Of a stretch of 64,000 nucleotides of DNA, positions 23,903-34,530 are shown in pieces. The notes below the pieces were generated by a model, which made no database searches, had not been told where the DNA came from, and worked only from the letters and a program-made list of their open reading frames with translations. Position 1 is the stretch's first letter; each line of letters begins with the position of its first letter. Where the stretch lies: the NCBI RefSeq assembly GCF_036365525.1, contig NC_090404.1, positions 4,154,001 through 4,218,000 on the forward strand. The letters are read 5' to 3'. This DNA comes from Heterodontus francisci (taxonomy: Eukaryota). The translations under genes and the position numbers were made by a program.

Positions 23903-24305
23903 AAGAACATAAGAAATAGAGGCAGGAGTAGGCCATTCAGCTCCTGAAGCCTGCTCCGCCATTTAAGAATATCATGGCTGATCTTGTTGTGACCTTGTCA
24001 CCACTTTCTTGCTTGCCCCGAAACCCTCCCCCACCAATCCCCGATAACCCTTGGTTCCCTTGTCGATCAAAAATGGGTGACCATGATATCATTGTCGACT
24101 GTTGTGAAGACCCATCTGATGCACTATTGTCATTTAGGGAAGTCCTTATCTGGTCTGGACTACATGTGACTCCAGACCCACGCCGATATGGTTGACTCTT
24201 AACTGTCCTCTGAAATGGACTAGACAGACACTCAGTTCAAGGGCAATTAGAGATGGGCAATAAATGCTGGCCTATCCAGCGACGCCCACATCGCAGTAAC
24301 AAATT
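23903..24305. mobile_element. CR1 3' fragment (-) joined to a SINE 3' fragment (+) with gggcaataaatgctggcc tail
   Basis: Matches 51415-51570 and 52020-52250. Confidence 0.65.
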
Positions 24306-24404
24306 AAAAATTGGTTGAATATGACAGTGCAATTCCCAGAATGGCAGAGTTATTCTCGTGTTGGATTCAAGGTCACACCCACAGACAGTGACTGTACTAA
24401 CTAT

Positions 24405-24522
24405 AACAAAAACAAAAAGTACTGGAAAAGCTCAGCAGATCTGGCAGCATCTGTGGAGAGAGAAGCAAAGTTAACGTTTCAGGTCTGTGACCTTTCATCA
24501 AAACTGGCAAAGTTTAGAAAAG
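24405..24522 (-). mobile_element. Penelope-type short repeat with hammerhead-like core
   Basis: Minus strand reads agtt-TTGATGA-a-aggtc-aca-gacct-GAAA-cgtt-aact. Confidence 0.7.
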
Positions 24523-24704
24523 AATTTCCTCCTGCACTCTGTACTGACTAACTGCCGTTCTGTACCATACGGGGGAATGACCTGAGAGGTCCGGACTCTG
24601 TCTGATTTCACACTGTATCTATAATGGAAGTTTAACATTTGAATGCCTGGAGTTCCATTTACTTATTCCTCCTTGATCTATCTTTTAATGAGCAATGATC
24701 CTTG

Positions 24705-25195
24705 ATCATCAGCCGTGGCTTGGTTGGTACCAATGTCCGCTCCGAGTTTGCAGGTCCAAGTTTCATGTTCTACTCGAGGACCTGAGCACAAAAATTACAC
24801 TGGAACTACAGTGGAATGCTGCACTGTCAGAGGTATCGTCTTTCGGATGGGACAAAAACCATGGGCGCTGTCTGCTCTCTCAGGTGTAAAGGATCCCATG
24901 GCACTATTTCGAACAAGTGCCGGAGAGTTCTACCAGGTGTTCTGATCAGTATTTATCCCTCAAACGACCTCACAAAAACAGACTATCTGGTCATTATCGT
25001 ATTGCTGTTATTGGAGGGGCCGAGTGGCCTGCTGCTGCTCCCAATTCGCATGTTCGTATGTTTGCTGTGTGCAAATTGGCTGCTGCATTTCCTACATTCC
25101 ATCAGTGACGGTAGTTCACAAGTAGTTCATTAGTTGAAAAGTTTTTGAGACGGCCTGTGGTCGTGAAAGGCCCGAGAGAAATGCAACAATTTTTG
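24705..25195 (+). mobile_element. DeuSINE-like (SacSINE1-type) SINE
   Basis: gatcccatggcactatttcgaa...tttatccctcaa...tatctggtcattatc core recognised from memory; second copy at 44695-45155. Confidence 0.7.
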
Positions 25196-25849
25196 GTCGT
25201 TTTTACTAACGATAGTTGTAAAAAGGAGTGATGGATTGAGCAAGTAAGTCATACACTGCTCGAATGAAAAAGCTGAGAAGGAGGCCATTCAGCCTTTCAG
25301 GACTGCAGCAGCTCTTTGACAAACTATCCATTTATTCCACTCCCCCCTGTTATTTCGCCAAAACCGTGCATTCTTTTTCCATTTGAAATATCTATGAAAT
25401 TCCCTTTCAAAAGTTATTGTTCAATCTACTTCCCCCCTTTCAGGAATTGCATTCCAGATCATAACAATTTCCTCTGTCATTTGTCTTCCTCCTCATATCG
25501 CCTAGAGTCATAGAATTAGAGAGTCATTTACGGCACAGACGGAGGCCATTCGGCCCATTGAGTACATGCTGGCTCTCCACAGAGCTTTTCAGTCAGTGCC
25601 CCACTGCCCCACTCGATCCGCGTCGCCCTGCAAGTCTATTTCCTTCAAATGACCATCCAATTTCCTTTTGAAGTCATTTAATGTCTCTGCTTCCACCAAC
25701 TTTGTGGACAGCAATTTCCAAGTCATTACCACCCGCTGTGTTCCAGCGTTCCTCTTCATATTACCCTTGCATCTATTGCCCAAAGCCTTCATTCTGTGTC
25801 CCCTCGTCCTTGTACCATTAGTTAATGTGAACGACCTTTCCTCCTCTAA

Positions 25850-26180
25850 TATAAAATAAAACAAGAAATGCTGGAAATACTCAGCAGTATTTATACTCAG
25901 AATGGTATGTTAATGCCTTTGTTCCATGACCTTCTGGTCAGTTATTCTCTGTGATCCTGTCTTTAGCAACACCTTCACCTTTGTTATCTCTTGCCCCACC
26001 CCCGCTTTACTTGCTTAAAACCTTTTACATTTCTAATATTTGTTAGTTCTGATGAAGGGTCACTGACCTGAAACATTAACTCTGTTTATTTCTGCACAGA
26101 TGCTGCCAGACCTGCTGAGTGTATCCAGCATTTCTCGTTTTTATTTCAGATTTCCAGCATCTGCAGTATTTTGCTTTTAT
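25850..26180 (+). mobile_element. Non-autonomous Penelope-type insertion with 13-bp TSD and hammerhead core
   Basis: TSD tttcctcctctaa (25837-25849) / tttccacctctaa (26181-26193); inverted 5' segment; CTGATGA...GAAA at 26049-26073. Confidence 0.75.
26045..26081 (+). ncRNA. Minimal type-I hammerhead ribozyme-like motif
   Basis: agtt CTGATGA a gggtc act gacct GAAA catt aact: helix I agtt/aact, 5-bp helix II, vestigial helix III. Confidence 0.6.
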
Positions 26181-26967
26181 TTTCCACCTCTAACTTGCCT
26201 AAATCTGTCATAATCTTGTACGTGTCTATTAATCTCCCCTCAACCTCTTTTGTTTGAAGAAGAATAAGCTCAGTTTTTCCAACTTATCCTTGTCACTAAA
26301 ATCCTCCATCCCCAGAACTATTCTAATAAATCTCTCTCAAGGACTCTCACATACTTCCAAAAGTGTGGTGACCAGAACTGGACGCAATACTCCAGTATTG
26401 GCCTGACCAGAGCTTTAAAAATGTTCAGCGTAACTTCCCTGATTTTGTACTCAATACCTGTGTTTATGAGGCCCAAGATCCCATATGCTTGACTAACCAC
26501 TCTCTCAAGATGTTGTGCCACCTTCAAAGATCAATGCACATGCATCCCAATGTCCCCCTGTTCCTGTACACTCTTTAGAACTATGCCATTAAGTAAATGC
26601 TGCCTCTCCCTTTTCCTTCTGCCAAAATGCATCACCCGCCACTTGTCTGTCCACTCTGCTGACCTATCTATGACCTGTTGCAGTCGTTATATATCATCCT
26701 CACTACTTGCCATACCTCCAACATTGGTGCCATATGCAAATTTGGAGATTCTACTCCATATTCCAAGATCCAAGTCCACGTAGCTTTTGGTTATTTTGCT
26801 ATTTACCTTGAATTTTTGTCCTCTCGTTATCAACCGTTCTACCACTGGAAATATTTTCAATTTACATATTCTATCAAACGCACCAAGGCTCCTCAGACAG
26901 CACCTTCCAAACCCACAACCTCTACCACCTCGAAGGACAAGAGTACCAGATGCATGGGACCATCACA

Positions 26968-27262
26968 GGGTGGCACAGTGGCGCAGTGGTTAGCATTGCA
27001 GCTTCACAGCTCCAGGGACCCAGCTTCAATTCTGGGTACTGCCAGTGTGGAGTTTGCAAGTTCTCCCACATCCAAAAGACTTGCAGGTTAATAGTTAAAT
27101 TGGCCATTATAAATTGTCCCTAGTATAGGTAAGTGGTAGGGGAGTATAGAGATAGGTGAGGATGTGGTAGGAATATGGGATTAGTGTAGGAATGGTATAA
27201 ATGGGTGGTTAATGGTCGGCACAGACTTGGTGGGCCGAAAGGCCTGTTTCAGTGCTGTATAT
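26968..27262 (+). mobile_element. HE1/V-SINE-like SINE inserted in an L2/CR1-group LINE 3' fragment (~26880-27515)
   Basis: Colinear with 14693-15050; flanks match 59717-60070 in reverse. Confidence 0.85.
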
Positions 27263-28254
27263 AAAAATCAAATCACCACCTGCAAGTTCCCATCCAAATC
27301 ACACACCATCCTGACTTGGAACTATATCGCTGTTCCTTCACTGTCGCTGGGTCAAAATCCTGGAAGTCCCTTCCAAACAGCACTGTGGGTGTAGCTACCT
27401 CACATGAACTGCAGTGGTTCAAGAAGGCAGCTCATCAACACCTTCTCAAGGGCAATTAGGGATGGGCAATAAATGCTGGCCGAGCCAGGGATGCCCACAT
27501 GCCATGAATAAAAAAAAATCAAAACACCTCCATGAAATCTCCTTTTAACCTTTTCTTCTCTCAGCAGAACAATCTTTGCTGCTTCAGTCTCTCCATCTAA
27601 CAGAAATCTTTATCCTTGGTACCATTTTAGAACATTTTTCTGGACCATCTCCAAGGCCTTGATGTATTTCTGAAAAAGTGGTACCCAGAAATGAACACAA
27701 TACTCCAGCTGCGGCCAACTGGTGTTTTGTAAAGGTTTAGCATAATCATAATTTTTCTGCTGGAGTCGTCTATGACTTGGTGCAATGAGAACTGAGGTAA
27801 GGGCTAATGTAATATAAACAGATGGATGGTGCGGTGTAGTAATAACTGAGACAGGATCTAGTGCAATATAAATTGACACATTATGCAATGCAAGAATAAA
27901 AGAGATATTGTCCAGCGTAATATAGATGGATATGTGACATTGAGTAATATAAACAGCGGAATCATTTTGTGTAATAGGTTTAGAGCCATGCTTAAATATA
28001 TTACATGATCTGCAATTACGTTTTGAATAGAAGGAAATAAAATGCTAAAATATAATTTGTGAAGGTAATTATCCATCTTTGTTGAATCCATTGAGAAGTA
28101 TTAATAATGATGTGCTTTCTACACAAACGCACACATTTTACATATACACATATACAATTACACATACATGTACACTTACATGTGTGTTTGTGTGTGCTCG
28201 ATTAGTTTTCGGTTGTTCCCATCTAGCAGTTGAGAGCTATGGAATTAGGTTAAA

Positions 28255-28685
28255 GTTACACTAGACTCTGCCTCCTTTGTTACTGCACTAGACACTGCTG
28301 CAGTTTATATTACAGTAGACATTATCTCAGTTGGCATTGCATTAGACATCTCTTTGTTTATTTTGCACACGACTCATTCTAGTTTACTGCTGCACTTGAC
28401 CATGCTTCAACTTATATTACACAAGGCCCTGCCTCAGTTGTTTCTGCAATGCACCATATCTCTGTTTATATGACACTGGACTCTGTCCCAGCATACTACA
28501 TTAGACCATGTGCAGTTATTACTGCAGGAGACCATTTGTCTGTTTATAATACATAGGCTTTGCTCAGTTGTTACTACTAGATCATGTCCCACTTATATTA
28601 CACGAAATCCTATCCCACCAAGATTGTACTAGACCATGTTGCTTTTTATATTATGCTAGGTCTTGTCCCAGTTATTACTGCAGCA
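28255..28685 (+). repeat. Degenerate 27-bp minisatellite array
   Basis: ctagacc.tgtctc(tgtttatattaca|agttattactgca) units; reverse array at ~27780-27995. Confidence 0.75.
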
Positions 28686-30345
28686 GCCCATCGGGTTGTG
28701 TTTTGTGGTCACGGTTCCAGACTCTGTCTGACACCGGCATTAGGTCAGACGAAACCTCAATAGAAAATCCTGCAGGGAAAACAATTCTTAACAATAGAAA
28801 GGAATTGTGAAGATTATCACAGTACAACACAAGTGATGGATTCGTAAACTTCAACACAACAGAATTTGTCAGTAAGCAGTGTAAATTGCTTAATTTTAGT
28901 CCTATCCCTCAACCCAGTTCATCTCTGGGAGATTGTCACAAGATTCGCCCCATCCTTTCAACAAAAATATTGGTCATGTCTTACCAACTTAATAGAATTC
29001 TTTGAGGAAGTGACAAAGTTGATTGATGAGGGAAGTGCTGTAGATGTCATATACATGGACTTCAGTAAGGCGTTTGATAAGGTTCCCCATGGTAGGCTGA
29101 TGGAGAAAGTGAAGTCGCATGGGGTCCGGGGTGTACTAGCTAGATGGATAAAGAACTGGCTGGGCAACAGGAGACAGAGAGTCGTAGTGGAAGGGAGTTT
29201 CTCCAAATGGATACGTGTGGCCAGTGGTGTTCCACAGGGATCCGTGCTGGAACCACTGTTGTTTGTGATATACATAAATGATTTGGAGGAACGTATAGGT
29301 GGTCTGATTAGCAAGTTTGCAGACGACACTATGATTGGTGGAGTTGCAGATAGTGAAGGGGACAGTCAGATAATACAGCACAATATAGATAGATTGGAGA
29401 CTTGGGCAGATAAATGGCAGATGGAGTTCAATCAAGGCAAATGTGAGGTGATGCATTTTGGAAGATCCAATTCAATAGTGAACAATACAGTAAATGGAAA
29501 AGTCCTGGGGAAAATTGATGTCCAGAGAGATTTGGGTGTTCAGATCCATTGTTCCCTGAAGTTGGCAACGCAGGTCAATAGAGTGGTCAAGAAGCATCCG
29601 GCATGCTTTCCTTCATCGGACGGGGTATTGAGTACAAGGGTTGGCAGGTCATGTTCCAGTTGTATAAGACTTTGGTTCGGCTACATTTGGAATACTGCGT
29701 GCAGTGCAGGTCGCCACATTACCAAAAGGATGTGGATGCTTTGGAGAGGGTGCAGAGGAGGTTCACCAGGATGTTGCCTGGTATGGAGGGCACTAGCTAT
29801 GAAGAGAGGTTGAGTAGATCAGGATTATTTTCATTAGAAAGACGGAGGTTGAGGGCGGACCTGATTGAGGTGTACAAAATCAAGAGAGGTTTCGACAGGG
29901 TGGATAGCAAGAAGCTTTTTCTCAGAGTGGGGGATTCAATTACTAGCGGTCACGAGTTCAAAGTGAGAGGGGAAAAGGTTAGGGGGGATATGCGTGGAAA
30001 GTTCTTTCCGCAGAGGGTGCTGGGTGCCTGGAACACGTTGCCAGCGGAAGTGGTAGACGCGGGCACGATCGCGTCTTTTAAGATGTATCTAGACAGATAC
30101 ATGAATGGGCAGGAAGAAAAGAGATACAGACCCTTAGAAAATAGGCGGCATGTTTCGACAGAGGATCTGGATCGGCGCAGGCTTGGAGGGCCGAAGGGCC
30201 TGTTCCTGTGCTGTAATTTTCTTTGTTCTTTCTTTGTTCTTTGTATTACCCACATAATACCAGAGCAATTAGAAATTGCACACCACTGCTTATCGCTATG
30301 AACAAGATTAAACATATTCTTACAACCAAAAATGATTGCACCACA
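28680..30345 (+). repeat. Unidentified ~430-bp unit, copy A (28680-28971 + 30244-30345), split by CR1
   Basis: Aligns by eye with 31171-31438, 37712-38140 (reverse), 45527-45650 and 47388-47563 + 50958-51210. Confidence 0.8.
28972..30243 (+). mobile_element. 5'-truncated CR1 LINE (RT to 3' end)
   Basis: SCLTNLIEFFEE, DFSKAFDKVPH, PQGSVL, KFADD; (ttctttg)n tail; tatt TSD. Confidence 0.93.
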
Positions 30346-30499
30346 CACAGACATATATTTTCATTTATATTCCTATCCATCTATCTATAGAACTGTTAAA
30401 TGGTCTGGTGCCGTAAAATAACTGAGACACGGCCTCGTATAAACAAAAGACAAAGACATGGTTTAATGTAATTAAACAGAGTTATGGTTTAATGCGATA

Positions 30500-31120
30500 T
30501 TCAATTCAATTCAATACCATTTTATTGATGATAAGATGAATTGGAGAGAACAGAGTGGAAATGTGGTGGCCAAGTGACATACACTAATATACTACTCAGA
30601 AAATTAAAATCCTTTTGAGTAGAACCCGTAATCATGAAACTCTTCTATACAGTTGTTGTTTTGGGTGCTGTCCTTTTTGGATGTCTTTCCTGGTACTGTT
30701 GTCTTCGGAATGTAGATACTTTAAGTGTACAGAGATTTCTGAACCAAGCAGGAATGGTAGTGATGAGCAGATATTTCTTGGCAACATCTGCTCTCAAAGA
30801 ATTTGTACAAAAGAACATTATGAACAGTAAGAATCGCCCCTTGTCTCAATTTTACTTTTCAAAGCGTTCAGGGAAAAGGCTACAATCCCTTAAACGTAGG
30901 ACAAATCGGTTCTTGAACTCGTTCGTGCTTTTCTCTGAAATAACTTTTAACGGGAGCTTGATAAATGGATGACCATATCCATTCATTAAGGGACTCATTG
31001 ATTATTTTCATGTATTGAAATTAGTTTTAAACATCTATTTTAATCAACTTAGACTTTGTGTGATAGGGTAATTTTCTTTCTTTTTATTGCTATTGTCCAT
31101 ATGCAATTTTAAAGTGTGCA
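30500..31120 (+). mobile_element. Rex1/Babar-type LINE 3' relic
   Basis: LLRKLKSF..KLFYTVVV..LFGCLSW and SGKRLQSLKRRTNRFLNSF resemble the Rex1 RT C-terminus. Confidence 0.6.
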
Positions 31121-31170
31121 ATGTTATTCCGATCGAGCAGCTGAGAGTTATGGCATTAGCTGGATTTTAG

Positions 31171-31438
31171 CATCCTGCACCAGCCCATCTGGCGGTGCTG
31201 TGTGGTCACGGTTCCAGACCCTGTCTGACACAGTCAGTTGGTCAGATGAAAGCTAAACAGAATATCCTGCAGGGAAAACATCCCTCAGCAATAAAAGGAA
31301 TCTGTGAGCAATTTTCACAGTACAACACAACAGTGAATTCGTAAACTTTAACACAAAGTTTATCACTAAGTAGAGTAAAGTTCATTACACCTTTAGTCTG
31401 GTCCCTCAATCCCAGTTGATCGCTGGGAGATGGTTACA
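31171..31438 (+). repeat. Unidentified ~430-bp unit, partial copy
   Basis: Colinear with 28680-28935. Confidence 0.8.
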
Positions 31439-31574
31439 TTACGCCAGTTGACGCTGACCATTGTTTGTAAAATTTAGCAACATCATTATTTTTCTACTCG
31501 TCGTCTACGGCCTCGTGAAATGAGAAATGAAACAAGGCCTATTTTAATGTAAACAGATACATGGTCCGGTAGTA

Positions 31575-32065
31575 CACATTACATTACACTCGGCCCTGTT
31601 TACATTACATTTGGCCCTATTTCTGTTGATGTTACTGTGGTCTTGTCTCAGTTTTAAATGCAGAAACGTTTGACTCTTAGTATAGCAAACAAGATTCTGT
31701 CTCAGTCATTACTGCACTAGGCCAACTCCCTCTCTCTCTCCCTCTCTGTTTATAATGCACCACCTCCTCTCCCAGTTACTAAACCATGTCTCTATTTCCA
31801 TTGCTCCAGACCCTGCCTCTGTTATTACTCAACTAAATTAATTCTGCTGATATTTCACTGTCCCAGTTTATGTTACTAGAGATGCTGCCTCCTTTATTGT
31901 TGCACTAGACTACGCTTCTACTCACATTTCACAAGGCCCTTTCTCACGTGTTACTACACTGGGCCATATCTCTGTTTCTATTAAGCAAAGCCCTGTCTCA
32001 GCTTACAACATAAGACCATGTGCTGTTATTAGTGTAGGAGACCATTTCTCTGTTTATAATACATA
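31575..32065 (+). repeat. 27-bp array block, duplicate of ~28255-28560
   Basis: Shared terminal string ggagaccattt.tctgtttataatacata. Confidence 0.7.
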
Positions 32066-32437
32066 TTGAATTAAGTAAATGCTTTAAAAATTGGTGACGA
32101 TAATTACTTATATTTATGGAGTTGAAAACAATATGGTGTGCTTTGCACAGATACAAATGGGGTTACTTTGGTGAGAGAGTGAAACCAGGGGCTAAATGGG
32201 GACTGTGCTAATGAAAAGCCCTTGTTTGAATGTCTGCATTTAGCATCCAATTTCCATCTAATTGCTGATTGCCATAAAATTGAACTTGTCTGGAAATGCT
32301 AAACCAGAGACCAGCAGCTTCAGCACTCAGATGCTGATTAACCACAATATTCTTGAATCAATATATGTGGGCTCCATGCACACACTTCTACTATAAGTGT
32401 GAGGTTGGCGTCCTGACACACGGTAACAAGTTTCAGG

Positions 32438-32950
32438 GTGGCTCAGGAACCAACTGAGTGGCTGCACAGATTCTCAGAAATCCTTGTAGGTCCTGGTGGA
32501 GGAGATCCAGGAGAGGAGGGATGTCCTGTACCCGCAATGTACCCTTCTGTCTCACTATCCTGCAGCAGCTGGTGCAACTCTGCCTGGCCTCATTTCCTCC
32601 TCCCATTCGTACACCAGGATGCCGATGACCTCGCTGTGAAGGCCATTCCTTGAGAGGCAGGTTCTGCCACAAGTGGCGGAACCCCTTCAACCAAGATCAA
32701 CAAATTAAACGAACAAACGTTCAGCCATCTTGCTCTGTTACAAATTTCTCTGTGCAGAAATCGGCCACATTCATCTGGAATTAGTTGCACTTCAAATTTT
32801 GGGACCTCCTAGAGAAGGTGATGGGCTGGTACATCAACGCAAGTTGTTTCTTGGTGTATTAATATCAGAAGCAGTAACTGACATCGACATTTTCACAAGA
32901 GGAGCAATGGCCAAACACAACCACAAGGTGTCAGTGAAAGCCCGATTGTT
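32438..32950 (+). pseudogene. Decayed Myb/SANT-like (Harbinger accessory protein type) relic
   Basis: Frameshifted MAQEPTEWLHRFS...SL*VLVEEIQERRDVLYP and later WRNPFNQD resemble RAPRFS..LEVLV.EV..RRDVLYP...CRKKFND; the downstream part recurs in reverse at ~54790-54990. Confidence 0.5.
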
Positions 32951-34530
32951 TACATTACTTGAAACAGGTGCTGCCTTCATTATGACTGCTCCAGATCCTG
33001 TTTCTGTTTATATTACACTCGATGCTGTCTCTGTTTATATTAAGCTGGAACTTGCTTATGTCTATATTATACTAGATGTTGTCACTGTTTATATTATGTT
33101 AGGTCATTTTCCAATTCGTATTCCAACAACCATTGTCTCTGAACATATAAAAACAGTCCATTGTTCAGCTATCCCGACATTGGCCCAATCTCAGGTGTTA
33201 ATACTCTGGACCATGTTCCAGCTTGCACCACACAATACCCTGTCTAGGTCATTCCTGCACGAGATCACATTTCTGTTTCTATCACACAAAGCCCTGTCTC
33301 TGTTATTACTGTGATGAACCATCTCTCTGTTACTACTACACGGAATTCTGTCTCACCTAGTGCTGCACTTGTCCATGTCTCAGATCATTGAAATCGAGGT
33401 TCTGTATCAATAATTACTGCACTGGACCTTGTCTCGGTTTTTCTTCTAATGGACCCTGTCTCACGTTCTATCATGTCCCTGTTCTCATTACACAAGACTC
33501 TGTCCCAATTATTATTGCACTCGACAGATTTCAGATTACACTTGATCATGTATCTGTTTAACTTACACCAGAACATGTCTGTTAATACTACACGAGACAC
33601 AATCTCAGTTTTTACTGAGCTAGACCCAGTGTTGGTTCATATTACCGTATATCTTGTATCAATAATTGGTGCACTGGAGCCTGTCTCAGTATTCCTGCAC
33701 CAGGCCCTGTCCCTGTTTATATTACCACAGTGCCTGTCTCTGATCATGTTGCACCAGTCCCTCTCTCAGTTATTACTGTTCTGGACCCTATCTCAGCTGC
33801 TACTACACAGGACTATGCCTCTGTTTATATTAAGTTCGGCAAAGTCTCTGTTATTGCTGCACCAAACCCTGTGTCTGTTTATAGTACACTAAACCCAGTC
33901 TCAATTAGTGCTGGACCATTCAATGTCTCCGTTCATATTACACTGGAACATGTCCCTGTTAATACTCCACTTGAACATGTCCCTGTTCGTATTAAAATAA
34001 GTCTTGTCTTTTCATTACTAATGTGTTTATATTGCAATTAGAACACTCTCTGTTTATATTACACAGGACCCTGTCTCTTTTTATATGACACTTGACCCTG
34101 TCTCTTTTTATATTACACTGGACCCTGTCTCTGTTTATATTCCATTTGACCCTTTCTCTGTTTATATTACACTGGACCATGACTCAGTTACGACTGCACT
34201 TCGTTGCATCTCTGTTTATATTACATTCGACCCTATCTCTGTTCTTACTCAACCAGGCCTTGGCCCTGTTTATATTACACTCGACCTTATCTCTGTTCTT
34301 TCTGCACTAGGCCCTGTCTCGATTTATATTACACTCGACCTTATCTCTGTTCTTTCTGCACCAAGCCCTGTCACTGTTTATATTACTCTCGGCCCTGTCT
34401 CTGTTTGCATTACACTCGGCCGTGCCTCTGTTTATATTAAACTAGGCCCTGTCTCTGTTTATATTACTTTGGACGCTGACTCTGTTTATATTACTGTTAA
34501 CACTGTCTCTGTTTATATTTCACGAGACCC
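32950..34530 (+). repeat. 27-bp minisatellite (ctggaccctgtctctgtttatattaca), most homogeneous at 34040-34530
   Basis: Period 27 nt, giving the LDPVSVYIT repeats in the ORF track; continues at 37138-37490. Confidence 0.92.

Larger units (their letters stand above)
25270..26880 (-). mobile_element. Nested CR1 3' fragments
   Basis: LVRPILEYCVQFWSPH and TRGHRMK translations; split by the 25850-26180 insertion. Confidence 0.8.
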
